Shown here: in pieces, positions 44,504 to 52,929 of the stretch
Numbering within the stretch: position 1 is the first letter of the stretch
How the letters are laid out: each line of letters opens with the position of its first letter
Virus record (IMG/VR): IMGVR_UViG_3300015615_001170
Span: 505 to 64,504 of that record
DNA length: 64,000 bases
Source: a virus
Reading direction: 5' to 3' (one strand)
Program-made: the position numbers and the translations under genes
The notes under the pieces: generated by a model
Databases searched by the model: none
Told to the model about the DNA's origin: nothing
Seen by the model: only the letters and a program-made list of their open reading frames with translations

Positions 44504-44769
44504 CGAATTTGTTCTCCGTATAACAGCGCTGTTATGGCGCTTGAACATCAAGTAAGTAATTCCCAGCGGCTCAATGACTTGAGCGCCGAACAAGAACGAA
44601 CATGCCGGTTCGATCAAGTAACCCTGGCGGGTTCACTTATGGGCCACCAACATGCTGATGCTGGAGGCGTGGATGGAGGTCTTAGGGGAAGCGCCGGAGC
44701 TGGACGATGCTGATCAGATCCGGCTGTGGAAGGACGCGTGGAATGCGGCCGTTGCGGCCGAGTTCAGCT

Positions 44770-45060
44770 TTAGTTCGGCACCACCAGCCCAGCCGGGGGC
44801 ATGACGATCCGGCTACCCTCTTCCTCTCCCTGCATTTCCGGCGGCGGCGCCACCCAAAGGTTCGGGTTGGCCCGCCGTTGGTTTATCCACTGCCCCATCT
44901 GCATTGCCGTCTCAGAGGCCTTCTGCCCTTCCAAGGGCTCAAGCGCGTAGGCCTTGCCGTTGCTCAGGGTCACGGTGACGGTGAGGGTCGCGTCGTCGCA
45001 CTCGATGGCAGCGATGTAATCAGTCTCGACTTGCAGGCCGGGCTTCAGATGAACTAGCAC
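44770..45060 (-). CDS. Hypothetical protein
   Basis: AAGGA RBS; GTG start. Confidence 0.55.
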   Translation of the reverse strand: MLVHLKPGLQVETDYIAAIECDDATLTVTVTLSNGKAYALEPLEGQKASETAMQMGQWINQRRANPNLWVAPPPEMQGEEEGSRIVMPPAGLVVPN

Positions 45061-45107
45061 TGGTGGTTTCCTTCTCCTGGGTGGATGTCGCCCCTACTGG
45101 GGCCCTT

Positions 45108-45470
45108 CTAATCCTGGGCCTGGGCGGGCCGTAGCACGGCGATCAGGCGCAGGAGATCCCCGCGCATCGCACTGATCTCCTGCCGGGTAGCAGCCGCCTC
45201 GACGCGGATCTGCTTGATCTCTTCGGTCTGCATTGCCTGGGCGTGGATCATGTCGCCTTTGGCCACGTATTCCTTTGGCAACTCGACTCTCAGGTCGTTG
45301 AGCGCACTGGTCAACTCGGTGATGGCGGCGGTTTGAATCGCCTCGCCCTTGCCGTAGTCCTCGATCTGCTTGCGGATCAGCCAGCCGCCCACGCCCAACA
45401 GCAACTGCACGCAGAACACCAGCACGACAATGCCGTGCCACAGCGTGAGTTCGTTGCCCATGCCCGTCAT
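45108..45470 (-). CDS. Single-TM coiled-coil lysis-module protein (holin- or i-spanin-like)
   Basis: N-terminal hydrophobic helix then coiled coil with LPKEYV.K.D. Confidence 0.55.
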   Translation of the reverse strand: MTGMGNELTLWHGIVVLVFCVQLLLGVGGWLIRKQIEDYGKGEAIQTAAITELTSALNDLRVELPKEYVAKGDMIHAQAMQTEEIKQIRVEAAATRQEISAMRGDLLRLIAVLRPAQAQD

Positions 45471-45736
45471 TCCCCGCACTCACACGCGGGCCGAGCGTCC
45501 CCCGGGCAGCGCACCATGACCTCTGGCGCCTCCTGCCCGGGCGGTGTGTTCTTGGCCAGGATGGTGTTGACGTCCGCCCGCATCAGCCGGCGCTCGTCCT
45601 GGGTGCCCAGGACGCAGTACTTCTGCACCCCACTGGCGATCTGGGTCTGGGTGCGCTCTGGCAACAGCATCGAGGCGCAGCCCGTCGTCAGGAGCACTGC
45701 CGTTACTGCCGAAAGAAGCGCCAGGATCCGCGTCAT
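45467..45736 (-). CDS. Lipoprotein (possible o-spanin)
   Basis: MTRILALLSAVTAVLLTTG-C lipobox; ATGA-coupled to the endolysin. Confidence 0.65.
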   Translation of the reverse strand: MTRILALLSAVTAVLLTTGCASMLLPERTQTQIASGVQKYCVLGTQDERRLMRADVNTILAKNTPPGQEAPEVMVRCPGDARPACECGE

Positions 45737-46296
45737 GCCTTTACTCCGTAGAGGGCGAGCAGCGCACGGCCGTGGAACGCGAAGCGCTCGTTCAGGCCGT
45801 TCTTGCCGCCGTTGATGATCTTGGTCATGCGGGTGACAGAATGGTCCTCCGCCAGTTCGTTCAGTCCCTTCTCGCGCCAGAACCAGGCGGCGCTGCGCGC
45901 GGCGATGATCAGGTCGCTCCCGATCAGGTCCGGCTGGCGGACAAGCAAGTCGGCGCCGAACAATGCGGCCGAGCACGCGGCGTAGTTCGCCCGGCCCGTC
46001 AGCTGGAGCAACCCACCGCCTCGGAAACGACGGCCGTCATGCATTTCCGTGTTGCCCAGGCGCTTGGCCAGCGCATTAGGAGGTTCGTACTTGACCTGCT
46101 GCGCCGTAGGGCCCCAGATCTCCCGCAGCCAACGCATCTGCCCCGTCTCATGGGCGACCTGGGAGAGGAAGCCCGCGATCCGGGGCTTCGTGTTGATGCG
46201 GAACTCCTCGAAGACCGGGTTCAGCACGTCGACCCAGATCGCCGGCACCCTGCAGTTGGGCATGACGGCCTGGAACTGCGCGACGGTGATCTTCAC
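45733..46296 (-). CDS. Endolysin, glycoside hydrolase family 19
   Basis: FLSQVAHETG, RFRG.GLLQLTGRANY, SAAWFW, INGG.NGL.ER. Confidence 0.92.
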   Translation of the reverse strand: MKITVAQFQAVMPNCRVPAIWVDVLNPVFEEFRINTKPRIAGFLSQVAHETGQMRWLREIWGPTAQQVKYEPPNALAKRLGNTEMHDGRRFRGGGLLQLTGRANYAACSAALFGADLLVRQPDLIGSDLIIAARSAAWFWREKGLNELAEDHSVTRMTKIINGGKNGLNERFAFHGRALLALYGVKA

Positions 46297-46427
46297 GGCC
46301 AGATCGCCATGACCATGGAAGCGGCCAGCAGGCCAGCCAGGATAGAGATGCCGCTCCAGGCCCAGCGCCGCAGTCGCTTTTCCCGCGCGATGTCATACCG
46401 GGCCAATGCGTCGTCGTCTTTGCTCAT
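46293..46427 (-). CDS. 44-aa single-TM protein (holin/antiholin-like), absent from ORF track
   Basis: GGAGG RBS; MSKDDDALARYDIAREKRLRRWAWSGISILAGLLAASMVMAIWP; GTGA-coupled to the endolysin. Confidence 0.6.
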   Translation of the reverse strand: MSKDDDALARYDIAREKRLRRWAWSGISILAGLLAASMVMAIWP

Positions 46428-46530
46428 CGCTGCCTCCGAATAGATGGGGGCCCGCCGGACATCCTCGTCTGGCAGACGAGGGTGGGAGGAGGTCGGGGGC
46501 CCCCGGGGGACGGTTGCATCAGTGAAGAGG

Positions 46531-46603
46531 GGTAGCGAATCTAGGAGTCGAACCTAGTTCTGAGGGTTATGAGCCCACTGTAGAACCCTTCTACCAACTC
46601 GCT
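46531..46603 (-). tRNA. tRNA-Met(CAT), initiator-like
   Basis: AGCGAGT-TG-GTAGAAGGGTTCTAC-A-GTGGG-CTCATAA-CCCTC-AGAA-CTAGG-TTCGACT-CCTAG-ATTCGCT-A-CC; GGG/CCC anticodon-stem triplet. Confidence 0.85.
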
Positions 46604-46616
46604 GCAACCACATTCC

Positions 46617-46657
46617 AAAAACACAAAGGCCCCAGGAGCATCTCTCTCCTGGGGCCT
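46617..46657 (-). terminator. Late-leader terminator (tR'-like)
   Basis: 12-bp stem AGGCCCCAGGAG/CTCCTGGGGCCT then TTGTGTTTTT. Confidence 0.8.
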
Positions 46658-46787
46658 AGCGCTGCTACTTCCCTGACAAGTGTTTCGGTGAGTCCAAGAC
46701 TGCAGAGACGCCGACCCCTCCCACGGGGCCGCTTTCGCCTGCGTCTTTCGACGGTCAACACCTTACGGTGGACAAGTTGTGCGCGGG

Positions 46788-46816
46788 ATTTTCGGCCTAA
46801 CTACTAGGGATGTCAA
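46788..46816 (-). promoter_or_regulatory. Late promoter (pR'-like)
   Basis: TTGACA-N17-GAAAAT facing tRNA/lysis genes, downstream of the Q-like operon. Confidence 0.7.
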
Positions 46817-46830
46817 CAGGATATGTTGAC
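46812..46830. promoter_or_regulatory. Operator-like palindrome GTCAAC-N7-GTTGAC over the late -35
   Basis: gtcaacaggatatgttgac; same spacing as the immunity-region sites. Confidence 0.65.
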
Positions 46831-46853
46831 TTGCGCGGCATCGACTTCGCGGT

Positions 46854-47075
46854 TCATCTCGCTCTCCGATACCGGTGCTGCCGATTCTTGCGAAGCCGAC
46901 GACTCTCTGCCTCGTCGCGGTAAGCGCGGAAGAGGATCTTCTTCCCTCGAGCCCAGGGGATCAGCTTGAATTCCATGCGGTGCACCAGGCCGCAGTCGCA
47001 GCAGGCCATCCGATAATTTCGGCGGATGGGCCTGACCCACTGGCCGGGCTGGACCTTGTCGTACTTCAAGGTCAC
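46854..47075 (-). CDS. Small Zn-ribbon-like protein
   Basis: ACCDCGLVH motif. Confidence 0.6.
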   Translation of the reverse strand: MTLKYDKVQPGQWVRPIRRNYRMACCDCGLVHRMEFKLIPWARGKKILFRAYRDEAESRRLRKNRQHRYRRAR

Positions 47076-47575
47076 CTCGTCATCCCGCGCTCGTAACGGA
47101 TCTTCATCTGGGCCCGCACGCTATCCAGCACCTCGTACAGCTGCGGGAGATCCAACTGCCGGAGGTCGTGCTGCACCGATGCGAGGCTGACCACGCGCTC
47201 CTTCTCGCGGAAGGCTTCCTCCTCCTGTGCGGTCACGGGCGGGTACGGCTCGCCTACGCCACGCGTGCAGTGCTTCGCCGCCACCTTGCCGACGCAGGGC
47301 TGCTTCACGACCTTCCCGCACCACGCGCAGCCAACGCCGGCGAGGCAGTTGCACGGCAGCCCTATGCGGGACGCGCACGACAGGGGATGGATGATGTTGT
47401 ACTCCGGCGGCTTCACCTCCACACGGTCAGGCTCCGGCAGCAGCCGGGCGAAGAGGAACCAGTCGCCCCAGGTGGCCGAGAGGTGCCAGCCGTCCTGCCC
47501 ACGCCGCTCCAGCATGGCCATCATGCCGTCCCACCCGTTGTTCGGCACTTCCGATGCGTATTCGTAGCGTTTCAT
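47072..47575 (-). CDS. Hypothetical Cys-rich protein (nin-like region)
   Basis: ATGA-coupled; RGQDGWHL and several Cys. Confidence 0.55.
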   Translation of the reverse strand: MKRYEYASEVPNNGWDGMMAMLERRGQDGWHLSATWGDWFLFARLLPEPDRVEVKPPEYNIIHPLSCASRIGLPCNCLAGVGCAWCGKVVKQPCVGKVAAKHCTRGVGEPYPPVTAQEEEAFREKERVVSLASVQHDLRQLDLPQLYEVLDSVRAQMKIRYERGMTR

Positions 47576-47820
47576 TCTCTCACCCATTTTGGATAGATCT
47601 CGCCGTCTGGAAACGTCGCCTGATACCACGGAGCGCGTTCCCCGCGCTCGAGCAGATCGAAGTCAGGATGTACGCCGACGTACTCGATCAAGTCGGCATG
47701 CAACATCGGCGCCGCCTCGATAATGAACATTCCATGGAACAGGTTTGCGCCGTCGCCGGCGCTGTCCATCGCGTCGCGGTGGAAGCGCAGGCTGACCGTG
47801 AATCTCCCGACCCTACGCAT
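47572..47820 (-). CDS. Hypothetical protein
   Basis: IEYVGVHPDFD..GE.AP.Y pattern; coupled. Confidence 0.6.
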   Translation of the reverse strand: MRRVGRFTVSLRFHRDAMDSAGDGANLFHGMFIIEAAPMLHADLIEYVGVHPDFDLLERGERAPWYQATFPDGEIYPKWVRE

Positions 47821-48163
47821 CGGCCACTCTCCTCGCCATCGCCTCCGCGCTCGGCAGCCTGGACGCGCGGACGATGTACGCGTGCCGCAGCGTCAACTGC
47901 GCGATCATGCGTGCGCGCCGCCCATTCAGTTCGTCCTGCGCAGCGCGGATGTCGAATGGGCTACGGTGCAGCGCGCGGCGCTGTTCCTGCCAGTAGCGCA
48001 CCTTCTGTCCGATGCTGCGCCGGGCCGACTCGGCCAGGATGGCCGTCTGCTTGCACGCGTCGTAGTGCATCACGTCCACGCGGGCATGCACCCTCGTGCG
48101 CGCCGCTGCGCAGGCTTCGTCGATGTCGAAGGTCACAGGGGCTTTTCCTTCAAGCCGCGCCAC
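47813..48163 (-). CDS. Hypothetical protein
   Basis: Fills operon gap; start uncertain. Confidence 0.4.
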   Translation of the reverse strand: MARLEGKAPVTFDIDEACAAARTRVHARVDVMHYDACKQTAILAESARRSIGQKVRYWQEQRRALHRSPFDIRAAQDELNGRRARMIAQLTLRHAYIVRASRLPSAEAMARRVADA

Positions 48164-48396
48164 TGCCGCACGCCCATCTCGTTCCAGCCGTGGTCCCGAT
48201 CAAAGTAGCGGACGACGGGGCGGCTCACGACACCGTACGATAGCAACACCTCGTACGCGCCAGTCTCCGCCGGCTCTGTCAGCCCGGCGTCGAACCAGTC
48301 CGAGCGCTCTCCGAACAGCACCCAGTACATCGCCTTCAAGGCGGATGCCGCCTCATGGAGCGACGGCCCTTCAACCTGCAGCTGCGTTGCGATCAT
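48133..48396 (-). CDS. Hypothetical protein
   Basis: WF..P..G.YEV..W..WRGL motif. Confidence 0.55.
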   Translation of the reverse strand: MIATQLQVEGPSLHEAASALKAMYWVLFGERSDWFDAGLTEPAETGAYEVLLSYGVVSRPVVRYFDRDHGWNEMGVRQWRGLKEKPL

Positions 48397-48851
48397 GTTC
48401 CCGAATCCTCCTTCTCGATCCCCCGCTTGAGAAGCTCGCGCGCGCGGATCATCACAATGTCGAACTCCGAATAGCGCATGCCCAGTTCCCTACAGCACGC
48501 GCGCTCGTGAAGGTTGCGCACGTAGAACAGCGAGAGCAGGCGCCGCTCGCGCGAGAGGCGTACGTGCTTGCGCCACGCGTCCTCCACCCGCCACGCCCGG
48601 TGCTGGTCGATCGGCAACGGCTGCGGACCAGGCGCGTCCCACACCTGCGGGCTGCGATACCTCCCTTCCGCACTGGCGCATCCGCTCGCGCTGCCCCAGC
48701 CCCAGGACGTCGCCGCGCGCCGCCACTCGTCGATCCGCTCGTCCAGAAACGGATCCACCACAGGGCTCATGTCCAGCGCCGCGGCGCCCCGCCGGCCAGA
48801 CGCGCGTCGTCGCCCCCTCACGTCCGATCTGGCCACAGAACCTTCTGCCAT
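48393..48851 (-). CDS. Late antiterminator Q-like protein
   Basis: ERIDEW..SAEGRYRSP..D..A.RVE.AW..LL..YV..CCRELG HTH-like tail; upstream of the late promoter; start may be 48770. Confidence 0.6.
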   Translation of the reverse strand: MAEGSVARSDVRGRRRASGRRGAAALDMSPVVDPFLDERIDEWRRAATSWGWGSASGCASAEGRYRSPQVWDAPGPQPLPIDQHRAWRVEDAWRKHVRLSRERRLLSLFYVRNLHERACCRELGMRYSEFDIVMIRARELLKRGIEKEDSGT

Positions 48852-48866
48852 CCATTCGCTCCACCC

Positions 48867-49433
48867 TCAATCGAACTGCCGTTGTGCGACTACTTCCCCA
48901 CTGCCCTCGTACCCACCCTGCCCGGCGACTCGCACAGCAGCCGTCGCTCTTCCACTGCGCCCAGCTGCCGCAGGCGAGCGCCCGCTACTTCCCCGCCGCC
49001 CGGCGCCACGTAAAGGTCCGGGGTCTTGTAGTGCGGCAAGAACACGATGCCGAACCGCTCGTAGACTCTGAAGTACGACTTCTCGGTGTTCTCGTTGCCT
49101 GCCATTGATGAATCGCTCCAGCAGTTGAAGCGCGCGACCGTCGCGCACCATCGTCCCTGTCACCCGCACCACAGTCCATCCGAGCAGCGTCGCCTCGGCG
49201 TACTTAATGCAGTCATCTTCAAAGCCGTCGTGCCGAGTGTGCCGGCCGCCCTGCTTCGTCCCGCCTTCCACCTCGAGCGCGAGCATCCAATCCACCCACG
49301 CGAAGTCCAGCATCCACTTGCGCTCGCTGTGGAATCGGTGCTCACGCCTGGGCGTCGGCAGTTTCGCGGCGCGGATGTGCAGCGCCATCAACTCTTCGAT
49401 CTCTGACTTCGGGCGCGGGATCTTCACAAGCAC
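48867..49433 (-). CDS. PD-(D/E)XK endonuclease (DUF559/Vsr-like)
   Basis: REHRFH.ERKW.LDFAW..LALEVEGG..GRH..D..KY..A..GW.V.R. Confidence 0.8.
   Translation of the reverse strand: MLVKIPRPKSEIEELMALHIRAAKLPTPRREHRFHSERKWMLDFAWVDWMLALEVEGGTKQGGRHTRHDGFEDDCIKYAEATLLGWTVVRVTGTMVRDGRALQLLERFINGRQREHREVVLQSLRAVRHRVLAALQDPGPLRGAGRRGSSGRSPAAAGRSGRATAAVRVAGQGGYEGSGEVVAQRQFD
48890..49105 (-). CDS. Small hypothetical protein (overlaps nuclease tail)
   Basis: VFLPHY..YVAPGG motif. Confidence 0.45.
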   Translation of the reverse strand: MAGNENTEKSYFRVYERFGIVFLPHYKTPDLYVAPGGGEVAGARLRQLGAVEERRLLCESPGRVGTRAVGK

Positions 49434-49748
49434 CTATCGCCTCGGCAACCAAGCGGTCATGGAGAACCGCGCCAGCCGCAGCTGCTGCGGGAGGCGCTCC
49501 AAAGCCCACTGCAACCGGGCGTGCCAACCGCCCAGCGGCTGCGTGTCAGTCCAGTAGTTCGCGCACGTCGAACTGACGCTGACCTTGGTCTTGCTGTTCT
49601 CCCATCCGAGCTTCACGTCGGTCGGGCCCCTGCCCTTGGTTTCCTCCACAGCCATCGCGGTGAAGGCTTCGGCGATCTGCCTGTACACCGTGTCATCCCC
49701 TTCGACGTCCGCCTGAACGCGGGCAACCACTACGCAACGACGCTTCAT
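49434..49748 (-). CDS. Hypothetical protein
   Basis: ATGA-coupled ORF. Confidence 0.5.
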   Translation of the reverse strand: MKRRCVVVARVQADVEGDDTVYRQIAEAFTAMAVEETKGRGPTDVKLGWENSKTKVSVSSTCANYWTDTQPLGGWHARLQWALERLPQQLRLARFSMTAWLPRR

Positions 49749-50008
49749 GCGCGCTTCCTCTTCAGTTGCTCCAAGTCGTGCCTGTCAGGGCACCGATCGA
49801 TATGCAGATCCAGCAGCTGCAGCGCCTGCTTCATCGACGGCGCCCTGCTCGTGCGGCCCGCCGCGTAGTGCTGCGCCGTCGCGTGCGCCATGCCGATCTT
49901 GTCCGCCACGGTGACTGTCGCCACCCCGCTGTTGCGCAGGTTCAGAATCACCTGCTGCCAGTCGATCTGCTCGACGAGGTCGAGGGCGTGGTCGACCGTG
50001 GCCCTCAT
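49745..50008 (-). CDS. HTH DNA-binding protein
   Basis: IDWQQVILNLRNSG..VADKIGM..T..P..LLDLH. Confidence 0.65.
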   Translation of the reverse strand: MRATVDHALDLVEQIDWQQVILNLRNSGVATVTVADKIGMAHATAQHYAAGRTSRAPSMKQALQLLDLHIDRCPDRHDLEQLKRKRA

Positions 50009-50745
50009 CCCGCCATCCCGATCAACCCGATCTCTTCTTCGAACGCCACCTTCAGTTCAGGCGTGAGTTGGCGCATCGATTTGAGCCCGAGCATCTCTTT
50101 CATCTTGTCTCGCAGGCGATTGGCCGTGAGCCTGATCGCCTCTGTCCGCATCCACTGCTTGCTCTCGCGAGAGCAGTCCTTGTTGTGCGCCCACGCGTGG
50201 CCCGTGAAGCACGTCGGCACCGCCAGGAAATGCAGGCCTTTCTGTGGGTTCTCCGGCTGGCGGCTTCCACCTGCCATGTCGCCCGCCTGGTCGGCGTGAT
50301 GCGCGCAGCATTGCCCGACGCACTCGATAAGCCCCTTCGCGTGTAACGGCCCGCCCTGACCATGCACCGCGCACGGCTGCGTCTCGATCCACGCCTTGTG
50401 CTCCTGCAGCGTGTAGAAGCCGCTGTCGTGCATCGCGAGCCACAACTTCTGGTTGAACCAATAGCCATCGAGGTGCATCCTCTGCGCGAGCTTGCCGCCC
50501 TCATCGGTGCCAGGCCTCTGCGCCGGCGCAGTTGTTGTCTTCTCTTCGGCGATGCTCTCGTCGTCCTGAATCTCTGCGAGCACGCACGCCAGCCGCTGGC
50601 CGGCGACGCTTCCCTTCTTCACCGTCATGCCGCGAAACACGTCGAGCAGCGACGCGTCTGGCAGGAAGAACGTGACGGTTGCCCCGCCGGTGTGCGTCTC
50701 CTTCCACCCGGCTAGCATCACCTCGTCCTGAAATACCGTCTTCAC
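50005..50745 (-). CDS. Hypothetical protein with C-terminal His-Cys (DUF968/HNH-like) domain
   Basis: WIETQPCAV..AHH..AVPTC..H..H. Confidence 0.55.
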   Translation of the reverse strand: MKTVFQDEVMLAGWKETHTGGATVTFFLPDASLLDVFRGMTVKKGSVAGQRLACVLAEIQDDESIAEEKTTTAPAQRPGTDEGGKLAQRMHLDGYWFNQKLWLAMHDSGFYTLQEHKAWIETQPCAVHGQGGPLHAKGLIECVGQCCAHHADQAGDMAGGSRQPENPQKGLHFLAVPTCFTGHAWAHNKDCSRESKQWMRTEAIRLTANRLRDKMKEMLGLKSMRQLTPELKVAFEEEIGLIGMAG

Positions 50746-50752
50746 CCCCACC

Positions 50753-50914
50753 TCACCTCCTCCCAAACTGCGGCGGGCCGCACTCGATGCGCGACTCGTT
50801 CCTGAAGCACACCACCCCCGGCGCGGGGGTCGACACGCATACCCACCCTGACGCCACCTCACTCACGTAACAGCGCTCGATGAGGATTACCATCGAGGCC
50901 ACTACGAACAACAT
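50753..50914 (-). CDS. 53-aa hypothetical protein, absent from ORF track
   Basis: TGATG-coupled MLFVVASMVILIERC.. Confidence 0.4.
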   Translation of the reverse strand: MLFVVASMVILIERCYVSEVASGWVCVSTPAPGVVCFRNESRIECGPPQFGRR

Positions 50915-51234
50915 CAGCTAATCCTCACCGGCCTGACCGTCTTCCCCGTGATCGAGCACGCGCGCTTATCGCACTCGACGAGGAAGCCCTTCTTCTTCAG
51001 CCCGTTCACACGGCCCGCCACGGCGTTGATCGCGATGCCAGTGAGCCTCACGATCTCCTGCAGGGACCAGTCGCGCCGGGCGTTCCTGTGCAGGGCCAGC
51101 ATGATGGTTCGCTCCTGATCGCCGAGCTTCCCCGTGTCGACCAGGCCCTCGTACGCAGCGCGCGAGGTGTCGCGCACTCCAGAGCGCTTCTTCGCCGCCC
51201 TAGCAGACGTCCCATGGAACAGCACCAACTGCAT
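50914..51234 (-). CDS. Winged-helix DNA-binding protein
   Basis: TSRAAY..SLQEIVRLTGI.INAV.GRVN.L.K.G..RACSITG. Confidence 0.7.
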   Translation of the reverse strand: MQLVLFHGTSARAAKKRSGVRDTSRAAYEGLVDTGKLGDQERTIMLALHRNARRDWSLQEIVRLTGIAINAVAGRVNGLKKKGFLVECDKRACSITGKTVRPVRIS

Positions 51235-51251
51235 GTCACCCTCCACCAGAC

Positions 51252-51500
51252 TCAGTGAATCGCCCCTGCTACCTTCGCCTGCTCGCGCTCGAGCGCCAGC
51301 TGCTCGCGCCCTTCGCGAAACTGGCCGTGCTTCTTCGTCCACTGCGCCTCGTTTACGAAGTACATCCCGCCCAACTCCAGCTTCCGCGCTAGTTCGATCA
51401 CCTCGGTCCAGAGCCGGTCCTTGTAGGCCTGCTCCATGCGATCGAGCATCACGCGCATGTCGCCGATGTGGTCTGGAATCGTGCGTTTAGTTACGGCCAT
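51252..51500 (-). CDS. Hypothetical protein
   Basis: AAGGGGA RBS; helical. Confidence 0.5.
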   Translation of the reverse strand: MAVTKRTIPDHIGDMRVMLDRMEQAYKDRLWTEVIELARKLELGGMYFVNEAQWTKKHGQFREGREQLALEREQAKVAGAIH

Positions 51501-51696
51501 TCGTGTGCGTCCCCTTCTCTTGTCGATGACGGCGCACCGCACGCTCAAACGTGGTGTGGCCAACCTGATACCGGTCCTGCAGCGCGGCCGCGCTCATCAG
51601 CGCATCCAGCCGCGCGCGCAGCGCCCTGTACGTCTCGTACTCCTCGACCATCTGGCGTATCTGCACCGTGGTGAGGGCTGTTCTGCGCCGGGTCAC
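51487..51696 (-). CDS. Small HTH-like protein
   Basis: GTGA-coupled; LQDRYQVGHTTFERAV. Confidence 0.5.
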   Translation of the reverse strand: MTRRRTALTTVQIRQMVEEYETYRALRARLDALMSAAALQDRYQVGHTTFERAVRRHRQEKGTHTNGRN

Positions 51697-52043
51697 CGCG
51701 CCATCCTCCGGCTGCGCTTCAGCTGCTTCGAGAGCAGGTCGTTGATCGCGGCAATCGCCTCGCGCGCAGCGTCTGACGACTGCGGCGTGCTCCCCAGCAT
51801 CAGGTACGCGCTCACCTGCTGCGCGCTGGGCCGTTCGCGCTCTATGCGCTCGATCACCGCGGCCAACGTCAGGCGTCCGCTCACCTCGCGCCGGCAGCGC
51901 ACCAGCGCGGCCAGCACCCGGGCCTCCGGGTATGTCGACAGGTCACTCACAAACACGCGAGCGGCCACTGGCGTGAAAGTTGTGCCCATGAGTTCGGCCG
52001 TGACCATCACGGCCTCGACCAGACGCTTGCTCGGTTCAGCCAT
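51693..52043 (-). CDS. Replication helper (helicase-loader/P-position) protein
   Basis: TAELMG..DL..YP..V..AL.RCRRE..LTLA..I; directly after the initiator. Confidence 0.6.
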   Translation of the reverse strand: MAEPSKRLVEAVMVTAELMGTTFTPVAARVFVSDLSTYPEARVLAALVRCRREVSGRLTLAAVIERIERERPSAQQVSAYLMLGSTPQSSDAAREAIAAINDLLSKQLKRSRRMAR

Positions 52044-52917
52044 TGGCGAGGCGCTCCCGCTGTTGGGCCTCGGCCAGCATCGGCGCGAAGGCGTTGGAGT
52101 TGGCCTGGGTGCGCTCGACCTGGGCAGCCTCGATGCTGGTGACCGCCTGCCCTCTCGCCCACTGCGTGCGCAGCGACTCCGCGTCGCGAAGCAGGAGCAT
52201 CACGGTGTGCAGGGCCGCGACGTAGAGCCGGTTGTTGTGCTGGACGTAGAACTCGGCGACCGCCGGCGCTTCGTCCTTGCCCAAGCGGGCGACGAGGTTC
52301 GCGAGCTGCCCGTTGGTCTGCGCGTTGCGCACCGGGTCCACGTTGTAGCGTCGCTTGTAGGCTGCGGCGTACCGCTCCCAGGTCAGGACAGTCGGTAAGG
52401 GCTCGACCAGTGCCTTCGTTTGAGAGGGGTTGTCTTCAGGTGGAAGAGATACATCACCTTCACTACCTAACAGAAGGGGTGAAACCCCTTCTGAAATAGA
52501 TTGTGGTTGTGGTTGTGATTGGTCGAGCAATGCTGAAGCATTGCTTCGGCTTCGCTTCCTCTTTGCTTTGGCATCCGTTGGAGCGGCGCGCGACTTCCCG
52601 CTTGCCAATCCGCCTATCTTTCCGGCACTTACGCGTTTCGCATGCTTCTCAGCAGCGCGCTGGCGCTCCTGGTCGATACGTTTATGGATCCAGACGGCGC
52701 CTTCTCGATCGAAGAACTCTTCGAGCACTTGCTCGACATTGCTTCGCTCTTGCTCATCGTTTGCTCTAGCAATGCTGAAGCAATGCTTCGATGGAATCGG
52801 CCCCCGGTTCCAGTAATGACAAATCAGCAACAGGTACGCACCGTGCTGCCCCTGCGACAGGTGCATTGTGTCTGCGATATAGTCGCCGACGTAGAACGAC
52901 ATCCACGGGGTACTCAC
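52036..52917 (-). CDS. Replication initiator, YdaU/DUF1376 family
   Basis: WMSFYVGDYIADTMHLS..HGAY.LL..YW..W.HKRI; SQPQPQS linker. Confidence 0.85.
   Translation of the reverse strand: MSTPWMSFYVGDYIADTMHLSQGQHGAYLLLICHYWNRGPIPSKHCFSIARANDEQERSNVEQVLEEFFDREGAVWIHKRIDQERQRAAEKHAKRVSAGKIGGLASGKSRAAPTDAKAKRKRSRSNASALLDQSQPQPQSISEGVSPLLLGSEGDVSLPPEDNPSQTKALVEPLPTVLTWERYAAAYKRRYNVDPVRNAQTNGQLANLVARLGKDEAPAVAEFYVQHNNRLYVAALHTVMLLLRDAESLRTQWARGQAVTSIEAAQVERTQANSNAFAPMLAEAQQRERLANG
52526..52790. repeat. Probable origin iterons inside the initiator gene
   Basis: agcaatgctgaagca(t/a)tgcttcg at 52526-52548 and 52768-52790, plus many ttgct(c/t) partials. Confidence 0.6.
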
Positions 52918-52929
52918 CGGGGCTCTCCG

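Noticed and set aside
44652..44804. ~50-aa + strand ORF MLMLEAWMEVLGE..
   Set aside because: No clear RBS, antisense to the late operon and no recognisable motif; cannot be supported without a homology search
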